A stretch of 64,000 nt of DNA from an uncultured Blastochloridaceae bacterium. Lineage in GTDB: Bacteria > Verrucomicrobiota > Verrucomicrobiia > Methylacidiphilales > JBCBYL01. The DNA is taken from contig CAYGPJ010000006.1 of the NCBI GenBank assembly GCA_964351865.1, positions 17,833 through 81,832 of the forward strand, in the 5' to 3' direction. Below the pieces are notes generated by a model that was given only the letters and a program-made list of their open reading frames with translations, was not told the DNA's origin and ran no database searches. Each line of letters begins with the position of its first letter. Within the stretch, counting starts at the first letter, position 1. Position numbers and translations under genes: made by a program. Shown piece by piece: positions 39,313 to 48,341 of the stretch.

Positions 39313-40989
39313 ATGTCCGAAGAAATCGAAAAGAAATCAGAAGGTGCTGAAGCACCCGTAGCCAAAAAGCGAGCCGTGCGTAAGCCGGTAGCTCCTAAGG
39401 AGGAGACCGCACCCAATCATCCAGTAGCTGCTCCGGTTGAAAAACCAGCCAGTCAGCCTGTCGAGCCAAAGCATGAGGCAAATCAGAACGTGCCCGACAA
39501 GAGTAGTGCTGAAGCAGAATTTCGTGATAACCGTGGGAATAGTAACGCAGGTGGAAACAGTAACCGCAGTAATCGCAACAAGAATCGTCGCAATGGCGGT
39601 CGCCGCGATCGCGACAACAATCGCAATCGAGGACGAGGACAGCATGATGATCGTGAACGCGATCGTCTGGACGAAATAGCCCCTGGAGATATGGGTGAGA
39701 TTACTATCAATCCGGAAGAGTTGCCGGATGGTAAAGAGCTGCATCTGGGTGATTTGCAGAAAATGTCGATTCAGATGCTGAGTGAGATGGGGGTTGAGTA
39801 TAAGATCGATAATATTGGAACCCTGAGAAAGCATGAACTGATTTTCGAAATCCTGCGGCGCAACGCCATGAAAGAAGGGCGAATGTACGGTGAAGGGGTG
39901 CTGGAAATCCTGCCGGATTCCTATGGGTTTCTGCGCTGGCCGATTCACAATTTTCAGCCTTGTCCGGAAGATATTTATGTTTCGCCTTCACAGATTCGTC
40001 GCTACGGACTGAAGAAGGGCGATCTGATTGCTGGTGAAATTCGTTCTCCGAAACATAAGGAACGCTATTTTGCACTGGTTTCTGTCGATAAGCGGGAAGG
40101 TGAGATTCCGGAAAAAGCCAAGCAGGTCATCCACTTTGATAACTTGACGCCACTGTTTCCGAATCGGCGTATCATTTTGGAAACAGACAAAGATATGGCC
40201 ATGCGCTGTGTTGATTTGGTGACGCCGATCGGTTTCGGTCAGCGTGGATTGATCGTGGCACCGCCGCGGACGGGTAAAACCGTGTTGATGCAGAAGATCG
40301 CTAACTCGATCTCGGCTAATCATCCTGAGGCGCATCTGATTGTGTTGCTGATTGATGAACGTCCGGAAGAAGTGACCGACATGAAGCGCTCGGTGCGTGG
40401 AGAAGTGATCAGCTCAACCTTTGATGAACCGCCCGAAAGACATGTTCAGGTGGCAGAAATGGTCATCGAGCGTGCGAAACGCCTGGCTGAGCGAGGAACG
40501 GACGTGGTGATTCTGCTGGATAGTTTGACACGTCTGGCACGTGGCTACAACACGTTGCAACCGCACAGCGGGAAAATTCTCTCCGGAGGGGTGGACGCTA
40601 ATGCGTTACATAAACCCCGTCGATTCTTTGCTGCAGCACGTAATCTGGAAGAAGGCGGCAGCCTGACGATTCTGGCTACCGCTCTGGTAGAAACCGGTAG
40701 TAAAATGGATGAAGTGATCTTCGAGGAGTTTAAAGGAACCGGAAACATGGAAATTCATCTGGATCGGGCCCTGTCAGATCGACGTATCTGGCCGGCAGTG
40801 AATGTGGCCAAATCGGGAACCCGTAAAGAAGAATTACTTTACCACAAGGATGAGTGGCCGCGTATTGATGCCTTGCGTAAAGCGCTGTCGTCACTGCCTG
40901 CTGTGGAAGCGATGCAGGTATTATTGGATCGACTGAAAAAGACGAAGACGAATATTGAGTTCCTCCTCGCGATGAATTTGAAAGAGTAA
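39313..40989 (+). CDS. rho: Transcription termination factor Rho with an N-terminal low-complexity extension
   Basis: [29 protein letters not shown] and [10 protein letters not shown] motifs. Confidence 0.97.
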   Translation: MSEEIEKKSEGAEAPVAKKRAVRKPVAPKEETAPNHPVAAPVEKPASQPVEPKHEANQNVPDKSSAEAEFRDNRGNSNAGGNSNRSNRNKNRRNGGRRDRDNNRNRGRGQHDDRERDRLDEIAPGDMGEITINPEELPDGKELHLGDLQKMSIQMLSEMGVEYKIDNIGTLRKHELIFEILRRNAMKEGRMYGEGVLEILPDSYGFLRWPIHNFQPCPEDIYVSPSQIRRYGLKKGDLIAGEIRSPKHKERYFALVSVDKREGEIPEKAKQVIHFDNLTPLFPNRRIILETDKDMAMRCVDLVTPIGFGQRGLIVAPPRTGKTVLMQKIANSISANHPEAHLIVLLIDERPEEVTDMKRSVRGEVISSTFDEPPERHVQVAEMVIERAKRLAERGTDVVILLDSLTRLARGYNTLQPHSGKILSGGVDANALHKPRRFFAAARNLEEGGSLTILATALVETGSKMDEVIFEEFKGTGNMEIHLDRALSDRRIWPAVNVAKSGTRKEELLYHKDEWPRIDALRKALSSLPAVEAMQVLLDRLKKTKTNIEFLLAMNLKE

Positions 40990-41028
40990 TCGGGTCGACA
41001 AAATTCGATCAGATCACATGATCATTAT

Positions 41029-42000
41029 ATGAAGGTCTTAGTTACCGGCGGTGCTGGTTATATTGGTTCGGTGACCGTTGATGCGCTTATCAATAACGGT
41101 CACGAGGTTTGGATCTACGACAATTTGTCTACGGGTTCCAGAGTGCGCGTGAATAACCAAGTCACTTTCGTGGAAGCGGATTTGTGTGACAAGCCCAGAC
41201 TGGTATCTGCCTTGCGAGATTTGGGAGCTGAGGCAGTGATTCATTGTGCTGGGATTTCAGCTATCGGCGATTCACTGAAGGCACCCGGGACTTATTATCA
41301 TTCGCTAGTGGGTTCAGGCGTGCATCTGTTGGAAGCGATGGTCGAAGCGGGGTGTAAGCGATTGATTTCCTGCTCCAGTTATGCGGTTTACGGAATACCG
41401 GAAAAAATGCCGGTAGATGAGCGGGCGCCGACGAAACCGATTACCCCGGGTGGACACGCATTCCTCACCTTCGAGCAGATCATCGAGTGGTATCATAAAA
41501 TATATGATCTGCAGTATATCTCACTGAGGATTTTCAGTGCAGCCGGTGCGACGGAACGCTGCGGAGAAATTAATATCAGGCAAGATCGACTGATTTCGCT
41601 GATTCTGGCGGTAGTTGGTGGGGCGAAAGATTACGTGCCGGTTTATGGGGATGATCACGTGACTCCGGATGGCACCTGTATTCGGGATTATGTTCATGTG
41701 GATGATGTGGCGGCAGCGATTAATTCCGCGTTATCCTTCGAACGCAACGGGGTCTTTAATATTGGTTCCGGTGAAGGGCAGTCGGTCATGCAGGTGCTCG
41801 ACTGTGCTCGGCGGGAGACCGGACATGAAATTCCTATTCGCATGATGCCGAAGCGTGAAGGGGATCCGCCGCGATTGGTTGCTGCTTATCACCGCGCCAA
41901 AATGGAATGGAAGTGGCAGCCCAAGTATCAAAAATTTAAAGACATTTTTGCAACGTCATGGGATTGGGCACAGTCACATCCGGAATTTTTTAAACCATAA
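41029..42000 (+). CDS. galE: GalE-like SDR lacking the catalytic YxxxK (probable pseudoenzyme)
   Basis: TGGAGYIGS, TPDGTCIRDYVHV and REGDP motifs present, but PITPGGHAF replaces PxNPYGxSK. Confidence 0.8.
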   Translation: MKVLVTGGAGYIGSVTVDALINNGHEVWIYDNLSTGSRVRVNNQVTFVEADLCDKPRLVSALRDLGAEAVIHCAGISAIGDSLKAPGTYYHSLVGSGVHLLEAMVEAGCKRLISCSSYAVYGIPEKMPVDERAPTKPITPGGHAFLTFEQIIEWYHKIYDLQYISLRIFSAAGATERCGEINIRQDRLISLILAVVGGAKDYVPVYGDDHVTPDGTCIRDYVHVDDVAAAINSALSFERNGVFNIGSGEGQSVMQVLDCARRETGHEIPIRMMPKREGDPPRLVAAYHRAKMEWKWQPKYQKFKDIFATSWDWAQSHPEFFKP

Positions 42001-42003
42001 ATC

Positions 42004-42978
42004 ATGCCGGTCACGAGCACGGATTCTGAGAAGAGCACGAACCCACAAGTTTCGGTGGGTCAGTTCTACGCGCTCCATTCTGATTTGATGAGCCTGCGCT
42101 TAATTGCAGGTGCGGAAGGAATGGATCGGTTTATCAAGGAAGGTTCGGTGAATCGTTTAGGTCTAGTGCTAACCGGTTTTTTTAAATTCTTTGCCTCCAG
42201 GCGGATTCAAATCATCGGTAAAAGCGAAATGGCTTACCTGCGTTCACTGGATCCTTCGACCAGGAGGGAAAGAATTCGTGACATTTTCAGCAAAAAAATT
42301 CCCTGTATTATTTTTTCCCGAAATATCCGACCTCCCGCATTTTTTATTGAGGAGGCAGAGCGATACGGAGTTCCACTATTCAGATCTGAAATAAAAACAA
42401 ACCGGCTAGTGAATCAGGTGGCGATTGCGCTCGAACAAGATTTTGCACCTAGCACCTCTATCCACAGTAGCATGGTCGATATTCAAGGCGTGGGAGTTTT
42501 GATCCGAGGTGAGAGCGGTATCGGTAAAAGTGAGTGTGTTCTGGGGCTTATTGAGCGTGGTTATTCACTGGTGGCGGATGACATTACCAAAATCAAGTGC
42601 ATTGAAGGCACAGAACTGATGGCGACCTCAGCTGATCTCACTCGTCATTACATGGAAGTGCGGGGGATTGGGGTGATCAACGTTGCCAGTATCTTTGGAG
42701 CCAGTAGTATTCGTAATTCGAAGCGAATTGATCTGGTCGTGACCTTGATGGACTGGACTAAAATGGAAAATATTAATCGGACTGGTTTGGATCAGGAGTA
42801 TTTTGAAATATTGCAAATCAAAGTCCCTCATGTAACAATTCCCGTAAGGTCAGGTCGCGATATATCGGGTTTGATCGAGGTGGCTGCGCTGGATCAGAAA
42901 TTGAAGAGTCTGGGACATCACTCCGCCTCCGAGTTCAATGAGCGGTTAATTAATAAAATGCAGAGTAAAGAGTCGTAA
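42004..42978 (+). CDS. hprK: HPr kinase/phosphorylase
   Basis: GESGIGKSE, LVADD and MEVRGIGVIN motifs. Confidence 0.96.
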   Translation: MPVTSTDSEKSTNPQVSVGQFYALHSDLMSLRLIAGAEGMDRFIKEGSVNRLGLVLTGFFKFFASRRIQIIGKSEMAYLRSLDPSTRRERIRDIFSKKIPCIIFSRNIRPPAFFIEEAERYGVPLFRSEIKTNRLVNQVAIALEQDFAPSTSIHSSMVDIQGVGVLIRGESGIGKSECVLGLIERGYSLVADDITKIKCIEGTELMATSADLTRHYMEVRGIGVINVASIFGASSIRNSKRIDLVVTLMDWTKMENINRTGLDQEYFEILQIKVPHVTIPVRSGRDISGLIEVAALDQKLKSLGHHSASEFNERLINKMQSKES

Positions 42979-43012
42979 AACAGGTTTTAGATCAATACAC
43001 TTTCGGAATAAA

Positions 43013-43270
43013 ATGGATATAGAGATTAAAAATAAGCTAGGTCTGCATGCGCGCCCTGCGGCGATGTTTGTCCGGATTGCTAATCAGTTTTCATCGGAAA
43101 TTACCGTTGAAAAAGACAATGAACAAGTGAATGGCAAAAGTATCATGGGGTTGATGATGTTAGCTGCGGGATGTGGCTCCATTCTGAGTGTTACGGCCCA
43201 GGGGAATGATGCTGATGAGGCATTAAAGGCGCTGGCGGATCTTGCAGAACGGAAATTCGACGAGGAGTAA
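43013..43270 (+). CDS. ptsH: Phosphocarrier protein HPr
   Basis: GLHARPA (His15) and GKSIMG (Ser46). Confidence 0.96.
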   Translation: MDIEIKNKLGLHARPAAMFVRIANQFSSEITVEKDNEQVNGKSIMGLMMLAAGCGSILSVTAQGNDADEALKALADLAERKFDEE

Positions 43271-43300
43271 GCTCCTTTTTGATGAAGACAATTGTAAACG

Positions 43301-45067
43301 ATGGCTTCGAACAAGGTACAGAGCGATATACGCTTACGGGGAATACCTGTCTCACCAGGAGTGACCCGAGGCAAGCTCGTCGTTTTGTCTCGTCAGGAAA
43401 TATCGGTTCCTAAGCGCAGCATCACGGAGTCAGAGATTGGTGACGAGATCGCGCGCTTGGAAAAAGCGTTGATCGAGACACGTCAGCAAATTCTCAACAT
43501 TCAGAAACATCTCTCCACTTCGATTGGGGAGAAAGATGCCAGCATCTTTGATGCGCATTTACTGGTGGTGGAAGACTCCAGTCTGATAGAAGCTTTCAAA
43601 AAGCAACTTCACAGCCGCTTACTATGTGCGGAATACATCTTTTTTCACATCAGTCAGCGCTATGCTCAAAGCATGCGTGAGGTAGATGATCCCTATCTGC
43701 AAGAGCGGGCCGCTGACATCATGGATGTATCGAGAAGAGTATTGAATAACCTGACCGGTAAAATAGCTGCCGATCATTACACTCTGGAAGATAATAGTAT
43801 TATCTTGTCCCATGATCTGGCCCCTTCAGATACGGCCACGCTTGATCGTGAGAAAGTAATCGGATTTGCCACCGACTTGGGAAGCCGGACCTCCCATACT
43901 GCGATTATGGCGCGTTCGCTCAATATTCCAGCGGTCGTAGGCCTGAAGGATGCTTCATACCATTTGGATTCCGGTGCTGAAGTCATTCTCGACGGCTATG
44001 AAGGCATCCTGATCATTAATCCCTCAGAGCAGACAAGCTTCGAATATGGAGAGCTTGAGGAGAAGCATCATGCGGTCGAAGTCGGTTTGGGTGAATTGCG
44101 CAATACTGAGGCCATCACGCGCGATAATCATAAGGTCATCATCTCGGCGAATGTTGAGCTACCGGAAGATCTGCCTCAGCTGAAAATTTCCGGTGCTGAA
44201 GGTATTGGTCTATATCGCACTGAATTCCTGTTCATGAACCGAGTAGGCCTGCCAAGTGAAGATGAACAAATCGAAACTTATCGCAAAGTGATCGATGCGG
44301 CCAAGCCGGAAGCGGTCATTTTCCGGACACTGGACATCGGCGGAGATAAAATTGTCGATAATATGGGATTTCCCGATGAGCTTAACCCGTTTTTGGGATG
44401 GAGAGCGATACGCTACTGTCTGGGGCGTGAAGAAATTTTTCGCACTCAGTTACGCGCTATATGTCGGGCCGGCGCCGATGACCATGTGCGAATCATGTTC
44501 CCCATGATTTCTACCTATGAAGAGCTGGTTCAGGCCAAAAGTATTTTGCAGTCAGTCATCTGGGATTTAGAAAAAGAAAAACTTCCACATTCAAAGGACA
44601 TTGAGATTGGTGTCATGATTGAAGTGCCTTCACTGGCAATGATCGTAGACCATATTGTCCCGCAAGTTGATTTTATGAGTATCGGGACTAATGACCTGAT
44701 CCAGTATTCATTGGCAGTAGACCGAACCAATGAAAAAGTGGCATATCTTTACCAGCCGACCCATCCGGCAATCGTTCGCTTTATTAAGCGTGTCGTCGAT
44801 GCAGGCCATGCTGGCAACGTCTGGGTGGGAGTTTGTGGAGAAATGGCAGGAGAAGTCTTACTGACGCCATTACTACTCGGATTAGGGGTGGATGAGCTCA
44901 GTATGGGCTCGGTCTTTATCCCGCGCGTGAAGCGAGCCGTGCAGCGTCTGGACTTTAACGAAATGCAATCGATGATGCAGGAGATTGAGCATCTTCCGAC
45001 TGCTGCGGAAATCGAACAGAAGCTCCAAGTGATCGCTTCGCGCCATTACCCGGAATTACTGAACTGA
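43301..45067 (+). CDS. ptsI: PTS enzyme I
   Basis: TSHTAIMAR, GIGLYRTEF, SIGTNDL and GVCGEMAG motifs; no GAF domain. Confidence 0.96.
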   Translation: MASNKVQSDIRLRGIPVSPGVTRGKLVVLSRQEISVPKRSITESEIGDEIARLEKALIETRQQILNIQKHLSTSIGEKDASIFDAHLLVVEDSSLIEAFKKQLHSRLLCAEYIFFHISQRYAQSMREVDDPYLQERAADIMDVSRRVLNNLTGKIAADHYTLEDNSIILSHDLAPSDTATLDREKVIGFATDLGSRTSHTAIMARSLNIPAVVGLKDASYHLDSGAEVILDGYEGILIINPSEQTSFEYGELEEKHHAVEVGLGELRNTEAITRDNHKVIISANVELPEDLPQLKISGAEGIGLYRTEFLFMNRVGLPSEDEQIETYRKVIDAAKPEAVIFRTLDIGGDKIVDNMGFPDELNPFLGWRAIRYCLGREEIFRTQLRAICRAGADDHVRIMFPMISTYEELVQAKSILQSVIWDLEKEKLPHSKDIEIGVMIEVPSLAMIVDHIVPQVDFMSIGTNDLIQYSLAVDRTNEKVAYLYQPTHPAIVRFIKRVVDAGHAGNVWVGVCGEMAGEVLLTPLLLGLGVDELSMGSVFIPRVKRAVQRLDFNEMQSMMQEIEHLPTAAEIEQKLQVIASRHYPELLN

Positions 45068-45100
45068 TTTTAAGCTGATAATCGATTATCTGAGGAAAAT

Positions 45101-45949
45101 TCAGTTTTGGAGCACGAGTCGCTCTTTCTTTTCCATCGCATGGCGAAGCTTTTTCAGAGCGCCATTTTGAAGTTGGCGAATGCGCTCACGCGTTACTCCA
45201 AATTCTTCACCGATTTCAGCCAATGTGAGTGGTTTGTTTCCATCCAAGCCAAATCTCAGTCCTAGGATTTTAAGCTCGCGTTCATTGAGGATATCCATCG
45301 AGCTTCGAACGAGGTCGTGCATGTTCTGGACTTCAAGTTCGAGCGAAGGGTCTGAGGCCGAGTCATCCTGCACGAGGTCGGTGAGGGATGCGGTGCTATC
45401 GTCATTACCAACTGGCTGATCCAGCGACAGAGTATGCTGTGAAGCGCGCCGCAACAACCCAAGTTTTTTGGTGGATATGTCGAGTTCATCTGCAAGTTCC
45501 TGCTCATCCGGTTCTCGTCCAAGTTCTTCAGTGAGTTGACTGTTCAGGCGGTTAATGCGGGTGAGTTTGTCGATAACATGGACGGGGAGACGAATAGTCT
45601 TGGACTGATTAGCCAGCGAGCGCCGCACCGCCTGTTTGATCCACCATGAGGCATAGGTGCTGAATTTTGTACCGCGATTGGGGTCAAATTTCTCTACAGC
45701 CCGAATTAATCCTAGATTGCCTTCTGAGATCAAGTCACTGAGTGGCAGTCCAAAGCCGTTGTAGTCCTTGGCAATCTTCACGACTAATCTTAAATTGGCC
45801 GCAATCATTCTCTGGCGGGCCTTTTTGTTGCCTTTTTGAACTTGCTTAGCGAGTTGGATTTCTTCCTCGCGAGTCAGTAAATCGACCTCGCCGATACCTT
45901 CCAGATAAGCCCTCAACGTTTCTCTTGTACCACTTGTAGATTCGCTCAT
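45101..45949 (-). CDS. RpoD/RpoS-like alternative sigma70 factor lacking region 1.1
   Basis: [20 protein letters not shown] and TRERIRQLQ motifs; start reassigned to ATG 45949. Confidence 0.92.
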   Translation of the reverse strand: MSESTSGTRETLRAYLEGIGEVDLLTREEEIQLAKQVQKGNKKARQRMIAANLRLVVKIAKDYNGFGLPLSDLISEGNLGLIRAVEKFDPNRGTKFSTYASWWIKQAVRRSLANQSKTIRLPVHVIDKLTRINRLNSQLTEELGREPDEQELADELDISTKKLGLLRRASQHTLSLDQPVGNDDSTASLTDLVQDDSASDPSLELEVQNMHDLVRSSMDILNERELKILGLRFGLDGNKPLTLAEIGEEFGVTRERIRQLQNGALKKLRHAMEKKERLVLQN

Positions 45950-46090
45950 ATACCCTTTAGACGGGGCAATCCTTAAAATATTCAAAAAAAGTTAAGGAGA
46001 AAAAACATTAACTACCCAAATTAATATTTAAGGATAGAAGTGTGGACTTCGCGCGAGTGGATTTTTTAGTAAAATACGTAAAAAAATACA

Positions 46091-46175
46091 TACCCAGGGC
46101 GGGACTCGAACCCGCACGGAGGTTACCCTCCAGCGGATTTTAAGTCCGCTGCGTCTGCCATTTCGCCACCTGGGC
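46091..46175 (-). tRNA. tRNA-Leu (anticodon UAA), CCA not encoded
   Basis: GCCCAGGTGGCGAAATGGCAGACGCAGCGGACTTAAAATCCGCT...GGGTTCGAGTCCCGCCCTGGGTA, with a long variable arm. Confidence 0.96.
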
Positions 46176-46201
46176 ATTACCGGCGGAAAAGATAACAAAA
46201 A

Positions 46202-46552
46202 TTAGCCCGGTGGCCACTGCAATTTTCGGCCACCTAAAATGTGAACATGTAAATGGGGAACTGCTTCGCCTCCATCCGCTCCATTATTAATGACGAGACG
46301 ATATCCGGATTCGTCCAGTCCGGCCTCTCTGGCGGCTGTTTTTGCTGCTATGAGCACTTTACCTAGTAGCAATGCCTGATCATCAGGCACTAATGCTATC
46401 CGCTGGTAGCGCTTTTTGGGAATAGCCAGTAGATGAACGGGTGCTTGAGGAGAGATATCTTTAAATACCAAAACTTCGTCAGATTCCCATACCACGTCAG
46501 CGGGAACTTCACGTGTAACAATTTTTTCGAACAAAGAGGGTTCCTCGGGCAT
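46202..46552 (-). CDS. HIT-family nucleotide-binding protein (HinT-like)
   Basis: HLHVHILGG and C-terminal WPPG motifs. Confidence 0.94.
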   Translation of the reverse strand: MPEEPSLFEKIVTREVPADVVWESDEVLVFKDISPQAPVHLLAIPKKRYQRIALVPDDQALLLGKVLIAAKTAAREAGLDESGYRLVINNGADGGEAVPHLHVHILGGRKLQWPPG

Positions 46553-46565
46553 GATAGAGAATGAA

Positions 46566-47117
46566 TTACTGAATGATCAGATCAACAGCGGGCTGGTTCC
46601 AGCGGGCCATATTTTTTCTGACAAATTGAACAATGTCATCATTCAGGACCTGGCAGTTGCGTTTCCAGCGGTTGGTATGATGAAGTGTTTTTACGGAATC
46701 CCGAATACCCTCGAGTTTGACGCCACGAACCACAAAACCGAAAGCTTCATCCAGCTTATGTTGAAGTTCCTGGAAAAACATTAATTCGATAGAGTTGCGT
46801 TGCGCAATTTCAGGGAGATGAATGATTACCCGAGGGGCGGTGAGTTGAATTTTAGCCGCAACGTCTTCATAACCAAGTGCAGAAATCGACTGGCGAATGA
46901 TCGATACCAATTCGCTATGATGTATTTCTGTGCCGAGATAATCTTCTTTCAGGTGCAGACAAATGGCTTTGACAATGTCATCCGTCCATTGCCAGTGCGG
47001 AAGGTTTTCACCCTGAAGCGAAAATTCAATAGATTCTGTCAGCCAACCTGGAGAGAGTGGCACCGGTCGAGACGCTTGCCATGTGACGAGGGGTAGGTCT
47101 GAGGGTAGAGCAATCAC
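46566..47117 (-). CDS. Hypothetical protein
   Basis: 183-aa ORF tightly packed between nrdR and the HIT gene. Confidence 0.75.
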   Translation of the reverse strand: MIALPSDLPLVTWQASRPVPLSPGWLTESIEFSLQGENLPHWQWTDDIVKAICLHLKEDYLGTEIHHSELVSIIRQSISALGYEDVAAKIQLTAPRVIIHLPEIAQRNSIELMFFQELQHKLDEAFGFVVRGVKLEGIRDSVKTLHHTNRWKRNCQVLNDDIVQFVRKNMARWNQPAVDLIIQ

Positions 47118-47129
47118 AAATTTGGAGGG

Positions 47130-47582
47130 TTAATCTACATTCATGTTTTGAATTTCTGCTACAAACTCATTGATATCTTTAAACTGGCGGTAAACTGAAG
47201 CAAAGCGAACGTACGCCACATCATCGAGTGATCGTAATGATCGCATAATCGCCTCACCAATTTCGGTGGTAGGAATCTCGGTGCCGAATTGTTTCTCCAA
47301 GTTGTCGATAAGCAAATCGATCGATTTTTCAATAGCATCCGGGCTGACGGGGCGTTTTTCACAAGCTTTGAGAACTCCGCCAGTAAGTTTTTTGCGGTCA
47401 AAGGGTTCATAGCGTCCGTCACGTTTGACGACTCTTAAGTCCTCTCTTTCAATATCTTCATATGTAGTAAAGCGAGTTTCACAGTTCAGGCACTGTCGGC
47501 GTCGGCGTATCACCGCGCCCTCTTTGAGGGGGCGGGAGTCAATGACTTTATCTTCGTTTTTGTGGCACTTTGGGCAACGCAT
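47130..47582 (-). CDS. nrdR: Transcriptional repressor NrdR
   Basis: CxxC...DSR...RRRRQC..C..RFTTYE, ATP cone, VAYVRFASVY. Confidence 0.97.
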   Translation of the reverse strand: MRCPKCHKNEDKVIDSRPLKEGAVIRRRRQCLNCETRFTTYEDIEREDLRVVKRDGRYEPFDRKKLTGGVLKACEKRPVSPDAIEKSIDLLIDNLEKQFGTEIPTTEIGEAIMRSLRSLDDVAYVRFASVYRQFKDINEFVAEIQNMNVD

Positions 47583-47596
47583 ACTATATATGGTGG
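47581..47596. promoter_or_regulatory. Putative NrdR box overlapping the nrdR start
   Basis: ATACTATATATGGTGG resembles the consensus acaCwAtATaTwGtgt. Confidence 0.55.
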
Positions 47597-47707
47597 TATG
47601 GGAAGCGTACGGCCTACTTTTTATGGGGTCAAGCGGTAAATATTGACCTTAGAGTTGTTTCGAAGGAGATATGGGGTATACTAACTGAGAACGATTATGA
47701 CATAACG

Positions 47708-47740
47708 AAAAAGCGGAGGATTCTATCAAGAACCCTCCGC
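47708..47740 (-). terminator. Intrinsic terminator of the histone-like gene
   Basis: GCGGAGG...CCTCCGC stem followed by a T-run on the minus strand. Confidence 0.75.
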
Positions 47741-47760
47741 CACACATCGGGTAAGTGATG

Positions 47761-48018
47761 TTATTTCCGTTTGCGAGCAGCCTTCTTTTTAGGGGCTGCT
47801 TTCTTTTTAGTAGCTTTTTTGGCGACTTTTTTCTTAGTGGCTTTTTTGGCGACCTTTTTCTTGGTAGCCTTTTTAGCGACTTTTTTCTTGGTCACTTTTT
47901 TAGCGACTTTTTTCTTGGTAGCTTTTTTAGCTACCTTCTTTTTTATGGCCTTCTTAGCGACTTTCTTTTTTGTCAATATTTTAGCGACTTTTTTCTTGGT
48001 AGCTTTTTTTGCTGGCAT
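47761..48018 (-). CDS. Histone H1-like Lys/Ala repeat protein (Hc2/HctB-like composition)
   Basis: About eight tandem KVAKKATKK units and no acidic residues; purine-rich SD-like sequence upstream and its own terminator. Confidence 0.85.
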   Translation of the reverse strand: MPAKKATKKKVAKILTKKKVAKKAIKKKVAKKATKKKVAKKVTKKKVAKKATKKKVAKKATKKKVAKKATKKKAAPKKKAARKRK

Positions 48019-48341
48019 ATCTTCTCACCCCCTCTCTGTTAAGTGGTGTTCATTGAATCCGTAAAGAACAATTGAACGTACCATGCTTAAGTAGAGATAA
48101 AAACGAACGAGTGATTGCGTCAATCTTTTTCAATCGTAATTAACGCTGCTATTTGTGTTTTAATCCATTGTATATAAATAATAGATACAATGTGACTAAT
48201 AATAAAATACCGTAAAATGTGAACGAGGTCTGAGTAACATTTAAAATTGGGGGGCAGAGTGAGGGCAAAATAATCGGATAGAAATACCAGGAATAAAATA
48301 ATTAAACCTAGATAATAAAATAATCACCTAAAACGCTTAAA

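Noticed and set aside
45950-46200. Integrated element at tRNA-Leu
   Set aside because: No integrase and no duplicated tRNA 3' end seen; the flanking genes are housekeeping.
47790-48010. CRISPR-like periodicity
   Set aside because: These are 27-bp coding tandem repeats with no unique spacers and no cas genes.
47755-48064. Phe/Leu-rich plus-strand ORFs here, and the antisense ORF 29345-29797
   Set aside because: They are antisense shadows of Lys-rich repeat coding sequence.
48068-48085. Sigma-54 promoter for the histone-like gene (TGGTACGTTCAATTGT)
   Set aside because: The -24/-12 spacing is off by one and the conserved GC is missing.
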